A stretch of DNA of 64,000 nucleotides from Lingula anatina (Eukaryota; Animalia; Brachiopoda), in NCBI GenBank assembly GCA_051362555.1, contig JBPQGU010000016.1:4030001-4094000 (forward strand). Reading direction: 5' to 3'. Positions 37,546 to 49,100 of this stretch are shown piece by piece. Under the pieces are notes generated by a model. That model saw only the letters and a list, made by a program, of their open reading frames with translations, was not told the origin of the DNA and did no database searches. Within the stretch, counting starts at the first letter, position 1; every line of letters starts with the position of its first letter. The position numbers were made by a program, and so were the translations under genes.

Positions 37546-37958
37546 GGCCAATTTTATAGCTGTTATATACGGTAAATCTGAAACCAATTCGTCTAAAAGA
37601 CACAGAGCATTACTAGTACATGTAGAAAGCCTTCTTTCGGGAATAAACAATCCCCTTACTTCCATGTCCCAAATAATCCCCAACCATTCCAATTTGTTGA
37701 CTGGTTCTAATTTACTTTTTTCAGCGTTTAAAACAAAATCTGCTTTAAACAGATCCATTTTAATTTTTTAGAATGTAGTTTTAAATGTAATATATTTTTC
37801 TAGGGAATTTTCAGACACAATACCGTCATCTAAATAAACAACAATGGGGATTCCATTTTTCTCCAATACCCAACTAAACGTCTAAGTATTTTAGTAAAAA
37901 TAAACGGTGCTGAAGAAAGGCCAAACGAAAGTACCAAAAAAAAAAAAAAAAAAAAAAG
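37546..37958 (-). repeat. ~410-bp near-identical duplicate of the DIRS RT segment at 36034-36446
   Basis: ggccaattttatagctg...gaaagtacc(a)n is present twice, about 1.51 kb apart. Both copies give the identical translation MDLFKADFVLNAEKSK.... Confidence 0.95.
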
Positions 37959-38719
37959 AGGGTAATAAGTCATACTCAAATTATATTTTAGGATGCCAAC
38001 CCATGTTATTTTCATCTTATTCCTTCTCAAAGTGTGTCTTGCCGTTAAATGTAAAGCTCTATGTTATTTAATGAAAGACAATATAAGTTCCATCTGTTTA
38101 GAGATGTATGTCGGTCTGCTTTATAGCAATTAAGTCCCTGCTGTGGTTTAGGCCTACTGGTCACAACCAGAACATCAGAACCACTGCTTCCATCCACCGC
38201 TTCTACTTGTGGACATGGGTACACTTGATATAGAAACAAAACACGCATTTAGTTAAAATTTTAGATTAATCCATTTAATCCATAAAGTTTAAATAACACA
38301 TTTGCAATAAAGTTTTTGATTAAGTTTTTTATCAAAATTAAAATAGATTATTGTAATAATGTTATTAAAGTATGTGCCCTTTTTCAAATGCAAAGAATGC
38401 AAAGCAACCCTTATATATACATGTACCTGTATATAAATATGTTTGATAAGATCTCTTGGAGATATTTAAGCACATTTAAAAGACACTCACTCAGAAACAG
38501 AGTTTTCAATATCGCTTAATTTGGGATCAGGAATGGACTTAGCAGTGGTCCTCACCCTCGCCTGAACAAAGAAGCTCAAACAAATCAAGAACAAATCAAT
38601 ATCCGAATAACGACGGTGATATGGCCCTGCTGGCGCATATTAATTTCGTGATCTGTAAACACAGGGAATCAGCAGTTGTAAACATTCTCTTATAGTATAT
38701 TTTGAACAAGCTGTCTGTA

Positions 38720-38796
38720 CAGGGAGGGGGGGGGGGGGGCGGGGTCGGCCCGCCCCCTTAAAATATTCCTGGATCCGCCCCTGGATCCGCCACATG
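38720..38796 (-). mobile_element. Rearranged fragment of the GGGGCGGATCC MITE family
   Basis: aatattcctggatccgcccctggatccgccacatg (duplicated terminus), preceded by a G-run. Confidence 0.55.
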
Positions 38797-40160
38797 GTAC
38801 CTATCTGTATCTTAAAAAAAAAAAAAAAAAAATGCTGGTATATGATAGACGGGAAGAGGGAGCGCATGGGAAATGACGGTGTAGGCCGGATCTAAAGCCT
38901 TCCACAGTTTCAGCAGTAACTTGTTGGTCACTTCGTTCATTCCACTCGGTGACTGTTCTGGTAAAGAAAGAGTTTCAAACTGGTGTGTCGCAGTGTGATT
39001 CTTGCACTTAAAGTTTGTTTTAAATCCTAATATTAGCACATAAATGTAATTTATTCTAAAATGTGAGGCCTAATTATAAGGAGCTACGGGCAAATTTCTT
39101 CAACAATCAGTTTCTTTTTCAAACTGATTGTTTGACACATCATGATAACAACGGAAACCACCAAACTTCAATTAAGATAATTAATTGTATTTATGTAGCA
39201 AATGGGTTGTTTTAGTGGTGGTATTAACTTTTTGGTAATACATCAACGTTTTGTTTATAGGAAATTAGTCTGGTTAGTTAGTAGTAGGTAGTAGGATGGT
39301 AGTTTGGGTCTTGTGTCTGCACATTTTTACCTTAAGTAGTTGACCAAGGCAAGGTGATAACAGATGTCCCGGGTTAAGGAATTTCTTAGCTGCTGTGTAT
39401 CTAGGCACACACATTTGCACCCCCACCTTTAATAATTATATATTTCTTTTTAGTTACCCGCACGAAAATGCAGTAGTATCGAAGTAGCAAAGCGGCGGGA
39501 GCATATTTGCAGAATAGCCTACTGCAATTCTACTCCAAAAAGTACATAGGTTTGTACAGAGAGGAGCATAAATGCATAATTTTTTTAATTCCCATGACAA
39601 AACACCCCGGTGACTCCCTTCGCCACATAAGTTTTCATGTAATTATTAAACAGAGCAAAAAATCTCCCTATTTCTGTAGAATTATAAATTTTATGAAAGA
39701 TGTTTTTGGGACTAATTCTATTGAGCTGCATTCAGTGAGAAGTCATTCAGCTTTGTAGCTGCGGAGATATTGACGGCCGCACTAAAAATTCCTGCAAAAC
39801 TGCATGAACAGAATATTTTGGTGAAACATTTCCTATTCTCATAGACAGCAGACTCACTGACGTAACTCCCAATGCCACAAAAAGTTACTTTTCATACCGG
39901 CAGTACTGTAATTGAACATGTGCATTCTCTTGTTTGTAAACAAACCACTGCACTGCTCACAGTTGTAAGCTCCCTCCGCCAGATGTCCGAAACTGTACAG
40001 CACTGAGCCAGGTCTCGCCAAAAATAAGAAGCAATTTAGGCCCAAACCTGCTACTTGACACCAAATTAACCACTAGCAACACACAAAAAAGGCAGGAAAA
40101 AAACTGGAAACAATCACTAATTTTTCAAGCAGAACTTCATTCTTCTATAACAGTCCGTGA

Positions 40161-43100
40161 TTGGCCAGGTAGGGATGAAATTTTTTTTTCTTCATTATAG
40201 TGTCAGGTAGGTGTGTTCGGTCATTTGTAGTAAGAATAAAGTGCTGGAAGAGTGGTGGTGTCAACATTAAGGAAGAAATAGAGCAAAAACTCTCTCTCCC
40301 CCCCCCCCTCTCAGATTCTGTTCTCAGAGCTTATTTTTGGATCATCTTTAAAGCTAGAATTGGGGGCCTTGATGAAGTGACCCGGGCGCGTTTCCACATT
40401 TTTTATGAATGACAGGTGTGGTAGATTGATTTTCCTCACTTTTTGGAAAAATCGGAGACGGGTCGATTTTTGGTGATTTTGAGTGATTTTGAACAGTGCC
40501 GGCACTGTGAGATTTCTTCAATTTTGGCCAGGTAGGGATGAAATTTTTTTTTCTTCATTATAGTGTCAGGTAGGTGTGTTCGGTCATTTGTAGTAAGAAT
40601 AAAGTGCTGGAAGAGTGGTGGTGTCAACATTAAGGAAGAAATAGAGCAAAAACTCTCTCTCCCCCCCCCTCTCAGATTCTGTTCTCAGAGCTTCTTTTTG
40701 GATCATCTTTAAAGCTAGAATTGGGGGCCTTGATGAAGTGACCCGGGCGCGTTTCCACATTTTTTATGAATGACAGGTGTGGTAGATTGATTTTCCTCAC
40801 TTTTTGGAAAAATCGGAGACGGGTCGATTTTTGGTGATTTTGAGTGATTTTGAACAGTGCCGGCACTGTGAGATTTCTTCAATTTTGGCCAGGTAGGGAT
40901 GAAAATTTTTTTCTTCATTATAGTGTCAGGTAGGTGTGTTCGGTCATTTGTAGTAAGAATAAAGTGCTGGAAGAGTGGTGGTGTCAACATTAAGGAAGAA
41001 ATAGAGCAAAAACTCTCTCTCCCCCCCCTCTCAGATTCTGTTCTCAGAGCTTATTTTTGGATCATCTTTAAAGCTAGAATTGGGGGCCTTGATGAAGTGA
41101 CCCGGGCGCGTTTCCACATTTTTTATGAATGACAGGTGTGGTAGATTGATTTTCCTCACTTTTTGGAAAAATCGGAGACGGGTCGATTTTTGGTGATTTT
41201 GAGTGATTTTGAACAGTGCCGGCACTGTGAGATTTCTTCAATTTTGGCCAGGTAGGGATGAAAATTTTTTTTCTTCATTATAGTGTCAGGTAGGTGTGTT
41301 CGGTCATTTGTAGTAAGAATAAAGTGCTGGAAGAGTGGTGGTGTCAACATTAAGGAAGAAATAGAGCAAAAACTCTCTCTCCCCCCCCCCTCTCAGATTC
41401 TGTTCTCAGAGCTTCTTTTTGGATCATCTTTAAAGCTAGAATTGGGGGCCTTGATGAAGTGACCCGGGCGCGTTTCCACATTTTTTATGAATGACAGGTG
41501 TGGTAGATTGATTTTCCTCACTTTTTGGAAAAATCGGAGACGGGTCGATTTTTGGTGATTTTGAGTGATTTTGAACAGTGCCGGCACTGTGAGATTTCTT
41601 CAATTTTGGCCAGGTAGGGATGAACATTTTTTTTCTTCATTATAGTGTCAGGTAGGTGTGTTCGGTCATTTGTAGTAAGAATAAAGTGCTGGAAGAGTGG
41701 TGGTGTCAACATTAAGGAAGAAATAGAGCAAAAACTCTCTCTCCCCCCCCCCCTCTCAGATTCTGTTCTCAGAGCTTCTTTTTGGATCATCTTTAAAGCT
41801 AGAATTGGGGGCCTTGATGAAGTGACCCGGGCGCGTTTCCACATTTTTTATGAATGACAGGTGTGGTAGATTGATTTTCCTCACTTTTTGGAAAAATCGG
41901 AGACGGGTCGATTTTTGGTGATTTTGAGTGATTTTGAACAGTGCCGGCACTGTGAGATTTCTTCAATGCCGGCACTGTGAGATTTCTTCAATTTTGGCCA
42001 AGTAGGGATGAAAATTTTTTTTCTTCATTATAGTGTCAGGTAGATGTGTTCAGTCATTTGTAGTAAGAATAAAGTGCTGGAAGAGTGGTGGTGTCAACAT
42101 TAAGGAAGAAATAGAGCAAAAACTCTGTCTCCCCCCCCCCTCTCAGATTCTGTTCTCAGAGCTTATTTTTGGATCATCTTTAAAGCTAGAATTGGGGGCC
42201 TTGATGAAGTGACCCGGGCGCGTTTCCACATTTTTTATGAATGACAGGTGTGGTAGATTGATTTTCGTCACTTTTTGGAAAAATCGGAGACGGGTCGATT
42301 TTTGGTGATTTTGAGTGATTTTGAACAGTGCCGGCACTGTGAGATTTCTTCAATTTTGGCCAGGTAGGGATGAAAATTTTTTTTCTTCATTATAGTGTCA
42401 GGTAGATGTGTTCGGTCATTTGTAGTAAGAATAAAGCGCTGGAAGAGTGGTGGTGTCAACATTAAGGAAGAAATAGAGCAAAAACTCTGTCTCCCCCCCC
42501 CCTCTCAGATTCTGTTCTCAGAGCTTATTTTTGGATCATCTTTAAAGCTAGAATTGGGGGCCTTGATGAAGTGACCCGGGCGCGTTTCCACATTTTTTAT
42601 GAATGACAGGTGTGGTAGATTGATTTTTGTCACTTTTTGGAAAAATCGGAGACGGGTCGATTTTGGTGATTTTGAGTGATTTTGAACAATGCCGGCACTG
42701 TGAGATTTCTTCAATTTTGGCCAGGTAGGGATGAAAATTTTTTTTCTTCATTATAGTGTTAGGTAGATGTGTTCGGTCATTTGTAGTAAGAATAAAGTGC
42801 TGGAAGAGTGGTGGTGTCAACATTAAGGAAGAAATAGAGCAAAAACTCTGTCTCCCCCCCCCCTCTCAGATTCTGTTCTCAGAGCTTATTTTTGGATCAT
42901 CTTTAAAGCTAGAATTGGGGGCCTTGATGAAGTGACCCGGGCGCGTTTCCACATTTTTTATGAATGACAGGTGTGGTAGATTGATTTTCGTCACTTTTTG
43001 GAAAAATCGGAGACGGGTCGATTTTTGGTGATTTTGAGTGATTTTGAACAGTGCCGGCACTGTGAGATTTCTTTAATTTTGGCCAGGTAGGGATGAAAAT

Positions 43101-46100
43101 TTTTTTTCTTCATTATAGTGTCAGGTAGGTGTGTTCGGTCATTTGTAGTAAGAATAAAGTGCTGGAAGAGTGGTGGTGTCAACATTAAGGAAGAAATAGA
43201 GCAAAAACTCTGTCTCCCCCCCCCCTCTCAGATTCTGTTCTCAGAGCTTATTTTTGGATCATCTTTAAAGCTAGAATTGGGGGCCTTGATGAAGTGACCC
43301 GGGCGCGTTTCCACATTTTTTATGAATGACAGGTGTGGTAGATTGATTTTTGTCACTTTTTGGAAAAATCGGAGACGGGTCGATTTTTGGTGATTTTGAG
43401 TGATTTTGAACAGTGCCGGCACTGTGAGATTTCTTCAATTTTGGCCAGGTAGGGATGAAAATTTTTTTTCTTCATTATAGTGTCAGGTAGATGTGTTCGG
43501 TCATTTGTAGTAAGAATAAAGTGCTGGAAGAGTGGTGGTGTCAACATTAAGGAAGAAATAGAGCAAAAACTCTGTCTCCCCCCCCCTCTCAGATTCTGTT
43601 CTCAGAGCTTATTTTTGGATCATCTTTAAAGCTAGAATTGGGGGCCTTGATGAAGTGACCCGGGCACGTTTCCACATTTTTTATGAATGACAGGTGTGGT
43701 AGATTGATTTTCGTCACTTTTTGGAAAAATCGGAGACGGGTCGATTTTTGGTGATTTTGAGTGATTTTGAACAGTGCCGGCACTGTGAGATTTCTTTAAT
43801 TTTGGCCAGGTAGGGATGAAAAATTTTTTTCTTCATTATAGTGTCAGGTAGATGTGTTCGGTCATTTGTAGTAAGAATAAAGTGCTGGAAGAGTGGTGGT
43901 GTCAACATTAAGGAAGAAATAGAGCAAAAACTCTGTCTCCCCCCCCTCTCAGATTCTGTTCTCAGAGCTTATTTTTGGATCATCTTTAAAGCTAGAATTG
44001 GGGGCCTTGATGAAGTGACCCGGGCGCGTTTCCACATTTTTAATGAATGACAGGTGTGGTAGATTGATTTGCGTCACTTTTTGGAAAAATCGGAACCGGG
44101 TCGATTTTGGTGATTTTGAGTGATTTTGAACAGTGCCGGCACTTTGAGATTTCTTCAATTTTGGCCAGGTAGGGATGGAAATTTTTTTCTTCATTATAGT
44201 GTCAGGTAGGTGTGTTCGGTCATTTGTAGTAAGAATAAAGTGCTGGAAGAGTGGTGGTGTCAACATTAATTAAGAAATAGAGCAAAAACTCTGTCTCCCT
44301 CCCCCCCTCTCAGATTCTGTTCTCAGAGCTTATTTTTGGATCATCTTTAAAGCTAGAATTGGGGGCCTTGATGAAGTGACCCGGGCGCGTTTCCACATTT
44401 TTTATGAATGACAGGTGTGGTAGATTGATTTTCGTCACTTTTTGGAAAAATCGGAGACGGGTCGATTTTTGGTGATTTTGAGTGATTTTGAACAGTGCCG
44501 GCACTGTGAGATTTCTTCAATTTTGGCCAGGTAGGGATGAAAATTTTTTTTCTTCATTATAGTGTCAGGTAGATGTGTTCGGTCATTTGTAGTAAGAATA
44601 AAGCGCTGGAAGAGTGGTGGTGTCAACATTAAGGAAGAAATAGAGCAAAAACTCTGTCTCCCCCCCCCCCTCTCAGATTCTGTTCTCAGAGCTTATTTTT
44701 GGATCATCTTTAAAGCTAGAATTGGGGGCCTTGATGAAGTGACCCGGGCGCGTTTCCACATTTTTTATGAATGACAGGTGTGGTAGATTGATTTTCGTCA
44801 CTTTTTGGAAAAATCGGAGACGGGTCAATTTTTGGTGATTTTGTGTGATTTTGAACAGTGCCGGCACTGTGAGATTTCTTCAATTTTGGCCAGGTAGGGA
44901 TGAAAATTTTTTTTCTTCATTATAGTGTCAGGTAGATGTGTTCGGTCATTTGTAGTAAGAATAAAGTGCTGGAAGAGTGGTGGTGTCAACATTAAGGAAG
45001 AAATAGAGCAAAAACTCTGTCTCCCCCCCCCCCTCTCAGATTCTGTTCTCAGAGCTTATTTTTGGATCATCTTTAAAGCTAGAATTGGGGGCCTTGATGA
45101 AGTGACCCGGGCGCGTTTCCACATTTTTTATGAATGACAGGTGTGGTAGATTGATTTTTGTCACTTTTTGGAAAAATCGGAGACGGGTCGATTTTGGTGA
45201 TTTTGAGTGATTTTGAACAATGCCGGCACTGTGAGATTTCTTCAATTTTGGCCAGGTAGGGATGAAAATTTTTTTTCTTCATTATAGTGTTAGGTAGATG
45301 TGTTCGGTCATTTGTAGTAAGAATAAAGTGCTGGAAGAGTGGTGGTGTCAACATTAAGGAAGAAATAGAGCAAAAACTCTGTCTCCCCCCCCCCCTCTCA
45401 GATTCTGTTCTCAGAGCTTATTTTTGGATCATCTTTAAAGCTAGAATTGGGGGCCTTGATGAAGTGACCCGGGCGCGTTTCCACATTTTTTATGAATGAC
45501 AGGTGTGGTAGATTGATTTTCGTCACTTTTTGGAAAAATCGGAGACGGGTCGATTTTTGGTGATTTTGAGTGATTTTGAACAGTGCCGGCACTGTGAGAT
45601 TTCTTTAATTTTGGCCAGGTAGGGATGAAAATTTTTTTTCTTCATTATAGTGTCAGGTAGGTGTGTTCGGTCATTTGTAGTAAGAATAAAGTGCTGGAAG
45701 AGTGGTGGTGTCAACATTAAGGAAGAAATAGAGCAAAAACTCTGTCTCCCCCCCCCCTCTCAGATTCTGTTCTCAGAGCTTATTTTTGGATCATCTTTAA
45801 AGCTAGAATTGGGGGCCTTGATGAAGTGACCCGGGCGCGTTTCCACATTTTTTATGAATGACAGGTGTGGTAGATTGATTTTTGTCACTTTTTGGAAAAA
45901 TCGGAGACGGGTCGATTTTTGGTGATTTTGAGTGATTTTGAACAGTGCCGGCACTGTGAGATTTCTTCAATTTTGGCCAGGTAGGGATGAAAATTTTTTT
46001 TCTTCATTATAGTGTCAGGTAGATGTGTTCGGTCATTTGTAGTAAGAATAAAGTGCTGGAAGAGTGGTGGTGTCAACATTAAGGAAGAAATAGAGCAAAA

Positions 46101-49100
46101 ACTCTGTCTCCCCCCCCCTCTCAGATTCTGTTCTCAGAGCTTATTTTTGGATCATCTTTAAAGCTAGAATTGGGGGCCTTGATGAAGTGACCCGGGCGCG
46201 TTTCCACATTTTTTATGAATGACAGGTGTGGTAGATTGATTTTCGTCACTTTTTGGAAAAATCGGAGACGGGTCGATTTTTGGTGATTTTGAGTGATTTT
46301 GAACAGTGCCGGCACTGTGAGATTTCTTTAATTTTGGCCAGGTAGGGATGAAAAATTTTTTTCTTCATTATAGTGTCAGGTAGATGTGTTCGGTCATTTG
46401 TAGTAAGAATAAAGTGCTGGAAGAGTGGTGGTGTCAACATTAAGGAAGAAATAGAGCAAAAACTCTGTCTCCCCCCCCTCTCAGATTCTGTTCTCAGAGC
46501 TTATTTTTGGATCATCTTTAAAGCTAGAATTGGGGGCCTTGATGAAGTGACCCGGGCGCGTTTCCACATTTTTAATGAATGACAGGTGTGGTAGATTGAT
46601 TTTCGTCACTTTTTGGAAAAATCGGAGACGGGTCGATTTTTGGTGATTTTGAGTGATTTTGAACAGTGCCGGCACTGTGAGATTTCTTCAATTTTGGCCA
46701 GGTAGGGATGAAAATTTTTTTTCTTCATTATAGTGTCAGGTAGGTGTGTTCGGTCATTTGTAGTAAGAATAAAGTGCTGGAAGAGTGGTGGTGTCAACAT
46801 TAAGGAAGAAATAGAGCAAAAACTCTGTCTCCCCCCCCCCCCCTCTCAGATTCTGTTCTCAGAGCTTATTTTTGGATCATCTTTAAAGCTAGAATTGGGG
46901 GCCTTGATGAAGTGACCCGGGCGCGTTTCCACATTTTTTATGAATGACAGGTGTGGTAGATTGATTTTCGTCAGTTTTTGGAAAAATCGGAGACGGGTCG
47001 ATTTTTGGTGATTTTGAGTGATTTTGAACAGTGCCGGCACTGTGAGATTTCTTCAGTTTTGGCCAGGTAGGGATGAAAATTTTTTTTCTTCATTATAGTG
47101 TCAGGTATGTGTGTTCGGTCATTTGTAGTAAGAATAAAGTGCTGGAAGAGTGGTGGTGTCAACATTAAGGAAGAAATAGAGCAAAAACTCTGTCTCCCCC
47201 CCCTCTCAGATTCTGTTCTCAGAGCTTATTTTTGGATCATCTTTAAAGCTAGAATTGGGGGCCTTGATGAAGTGACCCGGGCGCGTTTCCACATTTTTTA
47301 TGAATGACAGGTGTGGTAGATTGATTTTCGTCACTTTTTGGAAAAATCGGAGACGGGTCGATTTTTGGTGATTTTGAGTGATTTTGAACAGTGCCAGCAC
47401 TGTGAGATTTCTTCAATTTTGGCCAGGTAGGGATGAAAATTTTTTTTCTTCATTATAGTGTCAGGTAGGTGTGTTCGGTCATTTGTAGTAAGAATAAAGT
47501 GCTGGAAGAGTGGTGGTGTCAACATTAAGGAAGAAATAGAGCAAAAACTCTGTCTCCCCCCCCCCCTCTCAGATTCTGTTCTCAGAGCTTATCTTTGGAT
47601 CATCTTTAAAGCTAGAATTGGGGGCCTTGATGAAGTGACCCGGGCGCGTTTCCACATTTTTTATGAATGACAGGTGTGGTAGATTGATTTTCGTCAGTTT
47701 TTGGAAAAATCGGAGACGGGTCGATTTTTGGTGATTTTGAGTGATTTTGAACAGTGCCGGCACTGTGAGATTTCTTCAATTTTGGCCAGGTAGGGATGAA
47801 AATTTTTTTTCTTCATTATAGTGTCAGGTAGGTGTGTTCGGTCATTTGTAGTAAGAATAAAGTGCTGGAAGAGTGGTGGTGTCAACATTAAGGAAGAAAT
47901 AGAGCAAAAACTCTGTCTCCCCCCCCCTCTCAGATTCTGTTCTCAGAGCTTATTTTTGGATCATCTTTAAAGCTAGAATTGGGGGCCTTGATGAAGTGAC
48001 CCGGGCGCGTTTCCACATTTTTTATGAATGACAGGTGTGGTAGATTGATTTTCGTCACTTTTTGGAAAAATCGGAGACGGGTCGATTTTTGGTGATTTTG
48101 AGTGATTTTGAACAGTGCCGGCACTGTGAGATTTCTTCAATTTTGGCCAGGTAGGGATGAAAATTTTTTTTCTTCATTATAGTGTCAGGTAGGTGTGTTC
48201 GATCATTTGTAGTAAGAATAAAGTGCTGGAAGAGTGGTGGTGTCAACATTAAGGAAGAAATAGAGCAAAAACTCTGTCTCCCCCCCCCCCCTCTCAGATT
48301 CTGTTCTCAGAGCTTATTTTTGGATCATCTTTAAAGCTAGAATTGGGGGCCTTGATGAAGTGACCCGGGCGCGTTTCCACATTTTTTATGAATGACAGGT
48401 GTGGTAGATTGATTTTCGTCAGTTTTTGGAAAAATCGGAGACGGGTCGATTTTTGGTGATTTTGAGTGATTTTGAACAGTGCCGGCACTGTGAGATTTCT
48501 TCAATTTTGGCCAGGTAGGGATGAAAAATTTTTTTCTTCATTATAGTGTCAGGTATGTGTGTTCGGTCATTTGTAGTAAGAATAAAGTGCTGGAAGAGTG
48601 GTGGTGTCAACATTAAGGAATAAATAGAGCAAAAACTCTGTCTCCCCCCCCCCTCTCAGATTCTGTTCTCAGAGCTTATTTTTGGATCATCTTTAAAGCT
48701 AGAATTGGGGGCCTTGATGAAGTGACCCGGGCGCGTTTCCACATTTTTTATGAATGACAGGTGTGGTAGATTGATTTTCGTCACTTTTTGGAAAAATCGG
48801 AGACGGGTCGATTTTTGGTGATTTTGAGTGATTTTGAACAGTGCCAGCACTGTGAGATTTCTTCAATTTTGGCCAGGTAGGGATGAAAATTTTTTTTCTT
48901 CATTATAGTGTCAGGTAGGTGTGTTCGGTCATTTGTAGTAAGAATAAAGTGCTGGAAGAGTGGTGGTGTCAACATTAAGGAAGAAATAGAGCAAAAACTC
49001 TGTCTCCCCCCCCTCTCAGATTCTGTTCTCAGATCTAATTTTTGGATCATCTTTAAAGCTAGAATTGGGGGCCTTGATGAAGTGACCCGGGCGCGTTTCC

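Noticed and set aside
39409-39416. acacattt as a TSD pairing with 22507-22514 around an array-carrying transposon
   Set aside because: No matching inverted terminus follows it, and flank homology continues past 22506. It is probably a chance AT-rich match.
39440-40160. Sequence just upstream of array 2 as a leader or promoter (octamer-like atttgcag, short ORFs 39507-39758 and 39854-40045)
   Set aside because: The motifs are imperfect, the ORFs are unrecognisable, and there is no second copy in the window for comparison, so it cannot be supported here.
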